DNA of 64,000 nucleotides from Escherichia coli (GTDB lineage Bacteria; Pseudomonadota; Gammaproteobacteria; Enterobacterales; Enterobacteriaceae): NCBI RefSeq assembly GCF_003991155.1, contig NZ_CP031294.1; one strand, 5' to 3'. Shown piece by piece: positions 1 to 8,452 of this stretch (position 1 is its first letter; each line of letters starts with the position of its first letter). The notes under the pieces were generated by a model. It saw only the letters and a program-made list of their open reading frames with translations, ran no database searches and was not told where the DNA came from. The position numbers and the translations under genes were made by a program.

Positions 1-1056
1 ATGAGCGAAAACGGCAATAAAAACATAGCGATCGTTGAAGCATTTTCAGAAACAGATAAAAAGACAGGCGAAGTTGTTACGTTGGTTCCTAACACTAATA
101 ACACTGTTCAGCCTGTTGCTTTGATGCGTCTGGGCCTCTTCGTTCCGACGCTGAAATCGACATCCAGAGGAAGAAAGGGGCAAATGGTCTCTATGGATGC
201 CTCTGCTGAACTCAAACAGCTGTCTCTGGCAAAAGCCGAAGGGTACGAAGACATAAGGATCTCTGGCCTTCGGCTTGATATGGATAACGACTTTAAAACG
301 TGGGTGGGAATAATCCACGCGTTTGCCAAACACAAGGTTGTTGGCGATACTGTCACGTTGCCGTTCGTTGAGTTTGTAAGGCTGTGTGGCATTCCGACCG
401 CCAGGTCATCAGCGAAGTTACGCAAACGCCTGGACAGTTCGCTAAGCCGTATTGCCACAAATACCATCTCGTTCCGTAGCAAAGGCTCTGATGAGTTTTA
501 CGTAACGCATCTTGTGCAAACGGCAAAATATAGTGTCAAGCACGATACGGTCGAACTGAAAGCAGATCCCAAGATTTTCGAACTCTACCAGTTCGACAAA
601 AAGGTTCTTCTGCAACTCCGGGCTATAAACGAACTCTCAAGAAAAGAATCCGCTCAGGCGCTTTATACTTTTATTGAAAGTTTGCCGCCTGATCCGGCAC
701 CAATATCACTAGCCCGTTTACGCGCCAGACTTAATCTGACAAGTCGCACTATTACTCAGAATGCGACGGTAAGAAAGGCTATGGAACAGCTGCGAGAGAT
801 AGGATATCTCGATTACACGGAAGTTAAGCGCGGAAACTCGGTCTACTTCGTCATCCACTATAGGCGGCCAAAGTTACGCCAGGCACAAATATCAACAAAA
901 ATCGATAATGATGAGACGGAATATAGCCTCCCAGATGAGAATCAAGATGACATTATCGACGTTGTGCCTGACGAAAAAGAAGGCAAAATGGTCATGTTGA
1001 GTAAAGAAGAACTGGCGCTTCTCGAAGAGTTGCGCAAGGCAAAGACTCGCAAATAG
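1..1056 (+). CDS. repA: iteron-type plasmid replication initiator (RepA-like)
   Basis: 351-aa ORF starting at base 1. It is followed directly by 11 iterons (1059-1540). It is one of only five plus-strand genes. Size and position fit iteron-binding Rep proteins. Confidence 0.75.
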   Translation: MSENGNKNIAIVEAFSETDKKTGEVVTLVPNTNNTVQPVALMRLGLFVPTLKSTSRGRKGQMVSMDASAELKQLSLAKAEGYEDIRISGLRLDMDNDFKTWVGIIHAFAKHKVVGDTVTLPFVEFVRLCGIPTARSSAKLRKRLDSSLSRIATNTISFRSKGSDEFYVTHLVQTAKYSVKHDTVELKADPKIFELYQFDKKVLLQLRAINELSRKESAQALYTFIESLPPDPAPISLARLRARLNLTSRTITQNATVRKAMEQLREIGYLDYTEVKRGNSVYFVIHYRRPKLRQAQISTKIDNDETEYSLPDENQDDIIDVVPDEKEGKMVMLSKEELALLEELRKAKTRK

Positions 1057-1058
1057 CC

Positions 1059-1540
1059 CAACCACTGTAGTTAGTAGTAAGGCTCACTATCCACTGTAGT
1101 GAGCCTCACTTATATCTGTAATTCGCTATCCACTATAGTGAGTATCGTTATCTGTTGATAACCACTGTAGGCAGTAGAATGCAAATACTGAATTAAATGT
1201 TAGTGATCACTAACACTGATGAAACAAGGGCTGCGAGGTTAGTGGTCACTGGGTATCTTGGAAAATTTACTGTCTATAGTGGTTGTTGTCGCCCTCATCT
1301 TTGAGCGTATCCACTGTGGCGAGTGGATATCCACTGAAAACAGCAAAGGCTTACTCACCATAGTGGATACCCGCTGGACATCTCACTCCAATACTCACCA
1401 TAGTGGTTGTTTGATGCGAATGAAAGGTTGTCTACTCGCTACAGTGGTTAGCAGATATGTAGGAAGGGTTTGTTACTGACTACAGTGGATAATGAGCTGG
1501 ATACGAATGCGGTGAGCAGACTACTCACCGCAGTGGTTGG
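1059..1540. repeat. iteron array / vegetative plasmid origin
   Basis: Consensus (T/A)A(T/A)CCACTRTRG(T/C)GAG. Forward copies: 1059-1074, 1087-1103, 1126-1142, 1157-1174, 1306-1323. Reverse copies: 1270-1285, 1354-1370, 1393-1409, 1435-1451, 1476-1492, 1524-1540. A head-to-head palindrome AGTGGATATCCACT lies at 1322-1335. Confidence 0.85.
1199..1214. promoter_or_regulatory. perfect 16-bp palindrome GTTAGTGATCACTAAC (contains GATC) inside the origin
   Basis: Self-complementary by inspection. A near-copy GTTAGTGGTCACTGG lies at 1239-1253. Confidence 0.4.
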
Positions 1541-1545
1541 TGCTA

Positions 1546-1758
1546 TTAGTGTATTTTCTTCAACAGACCCCAAAGTGTTCCGGCTTTTGTAGTCAGTTTT
1601 CCTGTTTCTGGATCGTACATACGCCATTCACGCCGCTGGTGGACGATATACCCATCTTCACGTTCCAGACGCTCAAGAATGCCAGGCTGCTTGAAACCCT
1701 TAGCACGCCAGTAGCCGCTTGTTTTCTCGATTTCCAGACCTGCCAGTGTTAATGCCAT
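1546..1758 (-). CDS. hypothetical protein (70 aa)
   Basis: ORF abutting the next minus-strand gene (shared base 1758). No recognisable motif. Confidence 0.4.
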   Translation of the reverse strand: MALTLAGLEIEKTSGYWRAKGFKQPGILERLEREDGYIVHQRREWRMYDPETGKLTTKAGTLWGLLKKIH

Positions 1759-2093
1759 TATCCAACCTCCTTGCAGTCATCGAAAAGGTAGCTTTGCTGA
1801 GAAGCGTGAACGCCATAGAAGCCCTTGTATTTGTTGTATACGAAGTGGTCTTCTCCGACGCCGGTTAATTTGCCATTACGATTTGTGAGATATGGGGATG
1901 ACAACACTCGATCGTCACGCACAACATAGAACTGGTCGCCGCTGTCTACGACCATCGCTCCATATGGTGCTTTTATGACGTCGGTAAGAGCGCCATTCTT
2001 AACGTCGGCTACAGACATTTCACACTGATAAACAGTGGTGTCGGCTACAACGATCGAAGAAAGGAACAACAGCGCGAATGGGATGGCCTTCAT
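1758..2093 (-). CDS. secreted hypothetical protein (111 aa)
   Basis: N-terminal signal-peptide-like MKAIPFALLFLSSIVVA. ATGA overlap with the upstream small ORF. Confidence 0.5.
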   Translation of the reverse strand: MKAIPFALLFLSSIVVADTTVYQCEMSVADVKNGALTDVIKAPYGAMVVDSGDQFYVVRDDRVLSSPYLTNRNGKLTGVGEDHFVYNKYKGFYGVHASQQSYLFDDCKEVG

Positions 2094-2269
2094 GCTGCCA
2101 CCTCTTTGATTACATCAAATGCTGAATTAAATACGAGCACGATAGCCAAAGCGTTTATGACTACGTCGTGCACCGGGGAAAAGACTTTACGAATGACACC
2201 AGTGAAAATGCAGTCGATGACAAAAGCTATTGAAACGATGAGTAACAAGTATTCAATAAAAATCTTCAT
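2090..2269 (-). CDS. small membrane protein (59 aa, below the ORF-track cutoff)
   Basis: Hand translation gives MKIFIEYLLLIVSIAFVIDCIFTGVIRKVFSPVHDVVINALAIVLVFNSAFDVIKEVAA. Its stop overlaps the next ATG (ATGA). Two hydrophobic segments. Confidence 0.35.
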   Translation of the reverse strand: MKIFIEYLLLIVSIAFVIDCIFTGVIRKVFSPVHDVVINALAIVLVFNSAFDVIKEVAA

Positions 2270-2278
2270 GATAGGTAG

Positions 2279-2307
2279 ATACTAACTTATATAAATTTTA
2301 CTGTAAA
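2279..2307 (-). promoter_or_regulatory. candidate sigma70 promoter TTTACA-17-TAGTAT
   Basis: Minus strand reads TTTACAgtaaaatttatataagtTAGTATctacctatcATG. The -10 ends 9 nt before the ATG at 2269, so the mRNA would be nearly leaderless. Confidence 0.35.
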
Positions 2308-2308
2308 C

Positions 2309-2584
2309 TCACTCAAAAGTGCTGATGCTTAAAATACGCTCAAGATGTTCGGCATCTTCATCACTGATTTGTTGAGTCTCTTCTACGTACCAACAGTTGC
2401 CGTTATGCCAACAAACACCATCATCATCAACCATCACTGAATCAGCGTCATGACCTGTATATTCAACGAGAATACGCTGGATCAGCGCGTCAGTTTCTTC
2501 GTCGTTAAGGCCATCGGCTTTGACCATAAAAAGCGGAAACACGTCATAGACAGTGCTGGTAACGATTCGAACTAAAACTCTCAT
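2309..2584 (-). CDS. acidic hypothetical protein (91 aa)
   Basis: ORF preceded by AAAAGGAAAAACACATG. Rich in Asp/Glu. Confidence 0.5.
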   Translation of the reverse strand: MRVLVRIVTSTVYDVFPLFMVKADGLNDEETDALIQRILVEYTGHDADSVMVDDDGVCWHNGNCWYVEETQQISDEDAEHLERILSISTFE

Positions 2585-2639
2585 GTGTTTTTCCTTTTGT
2601 GGTTAGTGTTTACTTATTTTGTTAGTTATGAATAGGCGA

Positions 2640-3065
2640 TCAATCTTCTTGTTTAGGGAAAAACTGTTCAATAACTCTGTCAACGGCTGTGTCTATATGG
2701 AGTAGATGCCACACAACCATATCTTTGCTTCCCATGCCTTGTGTGAATATCACGTCATACTTACGCCATGCGCAGTGGAACCAATATGCTGAGTCATCAA
2801 TTGGTAAATCCTCTCCCGCCTCTTTGAAGTATTTCAGCAGCATTGCCTGCTCTGCCGTTGGCGTTGGACCTATTTCCTGAGCGTACATACGGATGAATCG
2901 CTGCCAGTCTGTCTCGTCGGGGGTTGGATCTGGTGGGGTCATTTCTGCGATAGCGTTTCGTAGCTGATGCGCCCAATCAGGTTCAGGAAAGCCTTTTGCT
3001 ACTTCATCATCAATAACATCCAGAGCCACGTTTGCGGCATCGTAGAGTTTCTTAATAACTGTCAT
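2640..3065 (-). CDS. hypothetical protein (141 aa)
   Basis: ORF with SD AAGGA. Preceded by the palindromic motif at 3082-3097. Confidence 0.55.
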   Translation of the reverse strand: MTVIKKLYDAANVALDVIDDEVAKGFPEPDWAHQLRNAIAEMTPPDPTPDETDWQRFIRMYAQEIGPTPTAEQAMLLKYFKEAGEDLPIDDSAYWFHCAWRKYDVIFTQGMGSKDMVVWHLLHIDTAVDRVIEQFFPKQED

Positions 3066-3081
3066 GTTTTCTTATCCTTTT

Positions 3082-3097
3082 AAACAAATTGTTTTCT
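3082..3097. promoter_or_regulatory. AAACAAATTGTTTTCT operator-like palindrome (family B)
   Basis: Identical 16-mer at 30561-30576. Variants at 16420-16435, 34312-34328, 63870-63886 and 63896-63911. Each lies 15-60 nt upstream of a minus-strand start codon. Confidence 0.5.
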
Positions 3098-3115
3098 TAA
3101 TAAGATAATTGCGAT

Positions 3116-3140
3116 AAAAAAGGCGTCCAACTGGACGCCT
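3116..3140 (-). terminator. rho-independent terminator after the SPFH gene
   Basis: Minus strand: AGGCGTCCAGTTGGACGCCT followed by TTTTT. Confidence 0.7.
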
Positions 3141-3156
3141 GAACTTTTTAGGGGAG

Positions 3157-3987
3157 TTATTTCACTGTAATGAAAGGAGTGTTAGCCCCTTGAGTCATGT
3201 ACTGCGGTAACTGGCCATTCCATTTATTGATGGCTTCCAGTTCCATAACGTTCGGGTTTTGACGCAGAGCTTCACCGCGCAGACGAATGGCGTCCGCTTC
3301 TGCTTGCGCACGAGCACGGATAGCATCAGCTTCACCATTAGCCTGTTCACGTAGCATATTCGCCTCAGCTTTACGTTGTTCAACTTCCTGCTGACGTTGC
3401 AGAGTACGCTGGTTAGCCGTTACTTTGGCGTTAATAGATTCAATGACAGTTTTTGGGTAATCAGGCTTTCCAACCCATGACAGGCTCAGTACCTCAATAC
3501 CAACCGGAGACATCTCTTTCTGAATATCTTTCAGTGCGTTGTCCAGCAATTGTGCCTTACCACCGTCGATAAATGAGTCAGTGGTCATACGGCTGGCCAA
3601 ACGGTTTAGAGAGTCGGCAATTTTCTGACGCAGATCTGATTCGGTGATATCGTCTACGCCTTTGCGATAGGTCTGGAACACCGTCGTTACCTTGTCACGA
3701 TTAACCAGATACGCAACGCCAATTTTGTGACCAATAGCAGTACCGTCACTCATCTGGAATGTGAACGGCTCGTCGTAGGTCTTCATTTGTTTGAAGGTCG
3801 GGAATACGTAAAGTTCGGTGTTAAGACCTGTCCATTGGCGACCAACGCCAACCACTTCACCAATCCCTTTGTCTTCACCTAATTTGTTTACTTTGATGCC
3901 AACGTATCCAGGCTCCACGCGATCGCAGCCAGTAAGACCCATTGTGCAAATAGCCGCCAGAGCAACTGCAAGTAAACCTTTCTTCAT
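3157..3987 (-). CDS. SPFH/band-7 domain lipoprotein
   Basis: Lipobox LTGC after a signal peptide (MKKGLLAVALAAICTMGLTGC). Prohibitin-like core, then an Ala/Glu/Arg coiled-coil tail. Confidence 0.75.
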   Translation of the reverse strand: MKKGLLAVALAAICTMGLTGCDRVEPGYVGIKVNKLGEDKGIGEVVGVGRQWTGLNTELYVFPTFKQMKTYDEPFTFQMSDGTAIGHKIGVAYLVNRDKVTTVFQTYRKGVDDITESDLRQKIADSLNRLASRMTTDSFIDGGKAQLLDNALKDIQKEMSPVGIEVLSLSWVGKPDYPKTVIESINAKVTANQRTLQRQQEVEQRKAEANMLREQANGEADAIRARAQAEADAIRLRGEALRQNPNVMELEAINKWNGQLPQYMTQGANTPFITVK

Positions 3988-3990
3988 TAC

Positions 3991-4191
3991 TTATTTCCCC
4001 TTTGCTTTGATTAATGAGTTGATAAACTTACGACCAGCAATAAGACCGATTACAGGAGCACCAAAACCAACGATAACTCCAAACATGACGGCTAAATCAC
4101 TCTTGGTAGAAATCAGCGACGGAACCAGTAAACCGTAGATGAGAGCCACTGAAAGGCCTGTGGCTACTGCCAATAGATAGATTTTGATCAT
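3991..4191 (-). CDS. small two-TM membrane protein (66 aa)
   Basis: Two hydrophobic helices. Separated by 3 nt from the SPFH gene. Promoter lies directly upstream. Confidence 0.55.
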   Translation of the reverse strand: MIKIYLLAVATGLSVALIYGLLVPSLISTKSDLAVMFGVIVGFGAPVIGLIAGRKFINSLIKAKGK

Positions 4192-4220
4192 GTGTTTTCC
4201 TATGTGGTTGTTATGCGAAA

Positions 4221-4249
4221 ATAATAAGTAAGTGCTTATATATTTTCAA
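4221..4249 (-). promoter_or_regulatory. sigma70 promoter TTGAAA-17-TATTAT with a TAAG-TG-CTTA palindrome in the spacer
   Basis: Minus strand reads TTGAAAatatataagcacttactTATTAT. The palindrome AATAAGTAAGTGCTTAT lies at 4223-4239. Confidence 0.6.
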
Positions 4250-4254
4250 GAGAT

Positions 4255-4278
4255 AAAAAAGGCGTCCTGTGGACGCCT
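4255..4278 (-). terminator. rho-independent terminator after the RecA-like gene
   Basis: Minus strand: AGGCGTCCACAGGACGCCT followed by TTTTTT. Confidence 0.7.
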
Positions 4279-4283
4279 TGTGT

Positions 4284-5357
4284 TTACTCTTCTACTGACT
4301 CGGTGGGGTTGTCTTTTGCTCTTCGGTCGTCGATTGCCTGCAAAGCCGCAATGATTTCAGCCAGTGGCTTCTCCCGATACATCTCGACGATCTGCGATTT
4401 GGTGTATTTCTTGTCACCAATTTCAACTCGCCCGCTGGCGTTCTTTGGCAGGTATCCTTCTTCCAGCATGTACTCGACGAGCGATTCGATAACGTCGAGG
4501 CCACGAGTAGGATCGAAGTAGAATTTCCAGGTGCATTTGCCATACGGTGGTGCAACTTTGTTTTTGATGCATTCTGCGCCTACGTCCTGGCCGATCTTCT
4601 CTTTACCATCCTTCATCACCGATGCACCAAGACGGATACGTACAGAAGCGTAGAACTTCGGTGAATCTCCACCTGGCGACGTAGTAGGGTCGCCAAACAT
4701 TACACCGATTTTTGTGCGAACCTGATTCAAGAAGATGATGCAGGCGTTGTATTTGCGTGCCCACAAAGCCAGAGTAGGGAAGTTCGCACTCGTCGCACGA
4801 GCCAGTGCCGTATTGTCGTTCATGTTTAGCTGATCTTTGTCTTTGGCAGTGCCTTCAGCCATCTTTTCGAACTTCTCGGCTTTGGAGTTCGGAACCATAG
4901 ACGCAAGAGAGTCAGCCACGATACAGATTGGTGCTGATTCGGGGATAAGCTCTTCATCACGAACCAATTTAAGTATTGTGCCGATCAACTCTACAGAGTC
5001 TTCGAAGGTATCTGGCTGCTTGTATACCCACTGACCGTCATCCTCATCTGCGTTCAGGCCATTGGCGACAGCCAGGCCAACGTCAAAACTGTTTTCATGA
5101 TCGAGGAATACCGCCAGACCATCTTGTTTTTGAGCGGAGATCATCGCTGCTGTTGCAAGGAACGTTTTCCCTGCACTTGGAGGACCGAATACTTCGACGA
5201 TACGACCACAAGGGAAGCCGCCATCGTAACGACCAGAAATAGCTTTGTTTAACGGTGGAAAGCCTGTATCAATCCAATGAGTTACTTTCTGAATTTCGTC
5301 GTTGCTACCGATTTTCTTTTTCAGAGCAAGTGCCAGTGCGGATTTTCCTTTTGCCAT
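4284..5357 (-). CDS. RecA/UvsX-family recombinase
   Basis: Walker A GPPSAGKT within RIVEVFGPPSAGKTFLA. RecA-core-like IFLNQVR and GGDSPKFYASVR segments. Confidence 0.85.
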   Translation of the reverse strand: MAKGKSALALALKKKIGSNDEIQKVTHWIDTGFPPLNKAISGRYDGGFPCGRIVEVFGPPSAGKTFLATAAMISAQKQDGLAVFLDHENSFDVGLAVANGLNADEDDGQWVYKQPDTFEDSVELIGTILKLVRDEELIPESAPICIVADSLASMVPNSKAEKFEKMAEGTAKDKDQLNMNDNTALARATSANFPTLALWARKYNACIIFLNQVRTKIGVMFGDPTTSPGGDSPKFYASVRIRLGASVMKDGKEKIGQDVGAECIKNKVAPPYGKCTWKFYFDPTRGLDVIESLVEYMLEEGYLPKNASGRVEIGDKKYTKSQIVEMYREKPLAEIIAALQAIDDRRAKDNPTESVEE

Positions 5358-5359
5358 GA

Positions 5360-5632
5360 TCAGGCTCCTTTTGTTTCGTTGATTCGTTTTAAAGCGGCGG
5401 ATTCATCGAATACAATCGCATCGTGGTTAAGGAGTCTGGATACACGAGCGAGGATTTTTACGACCTGCTCGCTGACTAATCCAAACTCGCGATCTGTCGC
5501 TTTCATTCCGGCAGCGCCTAGAATTGACGGCAGTGCGATGACAGCGTACTCACCGTGATAAAAGACAATCTCTTTTGCCAGTTGGGCAGGGGTGGTTGTA
5601 GCGCCATTGATAATCGATTTAAGCATTAGCAA
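5360..5632 (-). CDS. hypothetical protein (90 aa)
   Basis: ORF packed tightly between the FEN and RecA-like genes. Confidence 0.45.
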   Translation of the reverse strand: MLMLKSIINGATTTPAQLAKEIVFYHGEYAVIALPSILGAAGMKATDREFGLVSEQVVKILARVSRLLNHDAIVFDESAALKRINETKGA

Positions 5633-6570
5633 TACCTTTCGAATGGAAGAACAAACACTTCAAGGTCTTCAAGGAACGAACGGAAATTCAGCTCGTAGCA
5701 CAGTTGCTCGAATGCTTTCACGTCACGATTGCCTTTGATTGTTTCGATTTCGGTAGGCGGAAACTTCGTCTCAATCAGGTTCATTAGCGTGATGTTTCTC
5801 TTGAACGCTTCGAGCATTCGACAGCCTGTTTTCTCGTTGAAGGCATTCTTCGCTAGTTTGTTGAAGGCGGTCTTATGACGCCCTTTATTAACCACGATTG
5901 AGCCGTCGTTGATGCCGCGTACCATCGTTGCGACACTTCCCCATTCATGCAGCAGCTCTTTCGCACCGCCAGCACCAATGCCACCAACACCGCTAATGTT
6001 GTCCGAGTTATCGCCTTGTAATGCTTTTGCTTCCAAAAATGCGCGAGGCGTGGCGAATCCTGTCAGCTCCGCAAATTGCTCAAAATTAACCTGCTTGTTT
6101 TTGGCGTCTTCACGCAGGCTTACCCAGCTTACGTTTTCACGAACTAACTGAAGCCAGTCGCTATCGCCTGTTAACAGATAGATGTGTTCAACGGTTGGCT
6201 GCGGTGCCATGCGGGATACCAGCAGCCCGGCCAGATCATCCGCTTCTGCATCTTTTGCAATGAGTTGGGTAACTCCAAGCGCGGTCATCATTTTGAGGAT
6301 GTATGGCTTCTGGATAGCAAAGCCTTCCTTCATCTTTTTCATATCAGGATCGTCGTCGCGATTTGCTTTGTAGTCCGGGTAAAAGTCGCGACGCTTGTCA
6401 CTAAATCCATCCCAAAGAATCATAGGTCGGGCATGGAGGATGGAGGCATAACGACGGACGTTCTTAACAAAGCCGAAAGCAGCCTGTACTTCCATTTCGC
6501 CGTTGTGCAATTTGTCAGATTGTTGGTGGTAATAACCCAGGCTATTGCCATCTACGAAGAGATAATTCAC
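5626..6570 (-). CDS. 5'-3' exonuclease / flap endonuclease (FEN, PIN plus H3TH)
   Basis: VDGNSLGYY, EADD and LLTGDSDWLQL motifs. I moved the start to GTG 6570 (SD GGAAGG 8 nt upstream), because 6586-6614 of the longer ORF is a terminator hairpin. Confidence 0.85.
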   Translation of the reverse strand: MNYLFVDGNSLGYYHQQSDKLHNGEMEVQAAFGFVKNVRRYASILHARPMILWDGFSDKRRDFYPDYKANRDDDPDMKKMKEGFAIQKPYILKMMTALGVTQLIAKDAEADDLAGLLVSRMAPQPTVEHIYLLTGDSDWLQLVRENVSWVSLREDAKNKQVNFEQFAELTGFATPRAFLEAKALQGDNSDNISGVGGIGAGGAKELLHEWGSVATMVRGINDGSIVVNKGRHKTAFNKLAKNAFNEKTGCRMLEAFKRNITLMNLIETKFPPTEIETIKGNRDVKAFEQLCYELNFRSFLEDLEVFVLPFERYC

Positions 6571-6585
6571 CGGTACATTCCTTCC

Positions 6586-6614
6586 AAAAAGTAAGGCGTC
6601 CGTAGACGCCTTAC
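6586..6614 (-). terminator. rho-independent terminator after the SSB gene
   Basis: Minus strand: GTAAGGCGTCtacgGACGCCTTAC followed by TTTTT. Confidence 0.7.
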
Positions 6615-6630
6615 TGGTCACGTAATGGGA

Positions 6631-7659
6631 TTACAGAGAGTCCAGCTCTCTCAGTAGGTCATCCAGACCTTCATCTTCCGTCGCAGATGCGGTTGCTACA
6701 GATGTCGCTGCGACTGCTTCAGACTCTTTGACTGATACGGCAACGGCAGCGGAACTTGCCTCTGGTTTAAATTCAGTTTCAACGGCACGGAGGATTTCTT
6801 CATCAACCAGACTGGTTGGTTCAGAAGCCGGTGTGTGCGCGGTTGCTACAGCCGTCGCTCCTTCTGTATGACCAGTGACAGAGCCAAATCCAGGCAGTGC
6901 CGCGGTCGATGTTTTCGCGGTAGAGGAAATTGCTGGTGCAGATGCAGAGGCAGTTGGTGCTGCGATGCCAATCAGACGACCCATAGTGCGAACTGTCGAG
7001 AGAAGACGAGTTTCATCAGCCTGATTTGCGTATGCGATCAGGTCATGCTGGGTATTCCAGAATTTATCTTCGATATCGCCTTTGTAGACTTTACGCTTAG
7101 GCGAGACGTCATATTTGGTATCGCGACCAGAGCCAGTACGTTTAATCAGGAATGCGTAGCCTTCCTCTTTGCTCAGTGGATTGCCGATATCATCAGCGAT
7201 GTCTTCGGTGATTGCTTTGCAGATATCATCGAATACAGTAGACGGCAGCTCGATTAACTGGCATTTCTCAGCATCTGCGAAATCCTCACGAGCAGAAAGA
7301 ATGCCGTTGACCAGGTAGCGAGGCGTGGCACGCATTTGACCGATGCGTTCTTCCATTGCTTTGTTACCCTTGTGACGAGCGCGACCTTCCATCACCATTT
7401 CGCATAGCTGACAAGCGCGACCGTGAGTATGTTGCTCACAAATATAAGCGTTGGTTGCTTCTTTACCTTCCTCGTTCTGATACTTAACGTAGTGCATACC
7501 GAAAGTCTGGAAGAACTTACCGTTTGGGTCGTCTTTATTCGGGAAGATGCGGATATAGTTGACGCCGTCTTTTAAGCGAGTCAGATCAACGTTGTTACCA
7601 CGTTTGGCGGCAATGTCTTCACGAGTTTTGTTAAGCAAATCAAGTAATGTCTTAGACAT
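6631..7659 (-). CDS. T4 gp32-like single-stranded DNA-binding protein
   Basis: IRIFPNKDD resembles gp32 IRFLPSKND. Zn-ribbon-like CEQHTHGRACQLC. Ala/Ser/Thr linker and an acidic tail LDDLLRELDSL, compared with gp32 LDDLLNDL as I recall it. Confidence 0.7.
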   Translation of the reverse strand: MSKTLLDLLNKTREDIAAKRGNNVDLTRLKDGVNYIRIFPNKDDPNGKFFQTFGMHYVKYQNEEGKEATNAYICEQHTHGRACQLCEMVMEGRARHKGNKAMEERIGQMRATPRYLVNGILSAREDFADAEKCQLIELPSTVFDDICKAITEDIADDIGNPLSKEEGYAFLIKRTGSGRDTKYDVSPKRKVYKGDIEDKFWNTQHDLIAYANQADETRLLSTVRTMGRLIGIAAPTASASAPAISSTAKTSTAALPGFGSVTGHTEGATAVATAHTPASEPTSLVDEEILRAVETEFKPEASSAAVAVSVKESEAVAATSVATASATEDEGLDDLLRELDSL

Positions 7660-7776
7660 GTGTTTCTCCTTGTTGTGATTTGGCCGATGGCGCTATGCGC
7701 GTTGGGCTTTCGTTCATTCGTGGCTCTTTCGAGCTGTTAAATGATAGATCAGTACTTACTTATTATCTATCAAAAA

Positions 7777-8208
7777 TCAACGGGGAGTAATAAAGCGTTC
7801 AGAGCCTAATCGCTCTAATTCAACGATGGCCATCTTTGACGCCTGAACGATCATGTCTCGGCGATGCGAAAAGGCGGCGACAGCATGTTTGTATATGTCT
7901 GCGATGTGCCGTGCTTCATCCAACTTCTGCCGTTTAGACAGATACTGTGGGTTTGTTTTAACCTTAGCGTCCAGTACAGATTCGTTGAACTTAATGCCAT
8001 TCATACTCAAGTTCTTACGCTCTGTGTCGTATAGCTTTGCTTCAACAGCTTCAAGGTTAAGTTTTGCTTCTGCGACACTTCTTTCTGCATGGGCGAGTTT
8101 TGAGCCATATTCCATCAACAGGCGGGGTTGTCTACGCCAGACTTCTTCCAGATTGTCTCGGTCAAACTCGAGATCGGACATGATTTTTTCGTATATATTG
8201 GTGCTCAT
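7777..8208 (-). CDS. hypothetical coiled-coil protein, possibly a UvsY-like recombination mediator
   Basis: 143 aa and helical. Lies next to the gp32-like and RecA-like genes. The functional call rests only on size, context and weak resemblance. Confidence 0.35.
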   Translation of the reverse strand: MSTNIYEKIMSDLEFDRDNLEEVWRRQPRLLMEYGSKLAHAERSVAEAKLNLEAVEAKLYDTERKNLSMNGIKFNESVLDAKVKTNPQYLSKRQKLDEARHIADIYKHAVAAFSHRRDMIVQASKMAIVELERLGSERFITPR

Positions 8209-8240
8209 TTTGATAGATTCTCACTTATCATGATGTATTG

Positions 8241-8270
8241 ATTATAGAGCTTAAATTAACGCTAATCCAA
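8241..8270 (-). promoter_or_regulatory. sigma70 promoter TTGGAT-18-TATAAT
   Basis: Perfect -10. The motif GATAAGTGAGAATCTATC (8212-8229) lies between the -10 and the ATG at 8208. Confidence 0.5.
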
Positions 8271-8452
8271 GATAGACCGTTATGCTATCTGCTCGAACAA
8301 CCATTTCTTAGGGCTTGTTAATTGCAGGAGTTTCTCCTATTGTGTTCGTGGATTTAATCGAAAGAAATATGGGTTTTGAAAAGGATAGAATCTTCATGTT
8401 TCCGCACAGCATTTATCATTAATTATTCAAATTAAAAGGAAATATTATCCTC

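Noticed and set aside
1059-1540. CRISPR-like appearance of the 17-bp repeats after repA
   Set aside because: The repeats occur in both orientations with irregular, short spacers, directly flank a Rep gene, and there are no cas genes. They are iterons.
1258-1752. ORFs 1258-1479 (+) and 1537-1752 (+) after repA
   Set aside because: The first runs through the iteron array. The second is antisense to the 70-aa minus-strand ORF and starts inside the last iteron. Neither has an SD or a plausible protein composition.
6571-6621. N-terminal 17 codons of the longest FEN ORF (ATG at 6621)
   Set aside because: This stretch encodes a perfect terminator hairpin plus U-run for the upstream SSB gene. A GTG with a good SD at 6570 starts exactly at the conserved FEN N-terminus (NYLFVDGNS).
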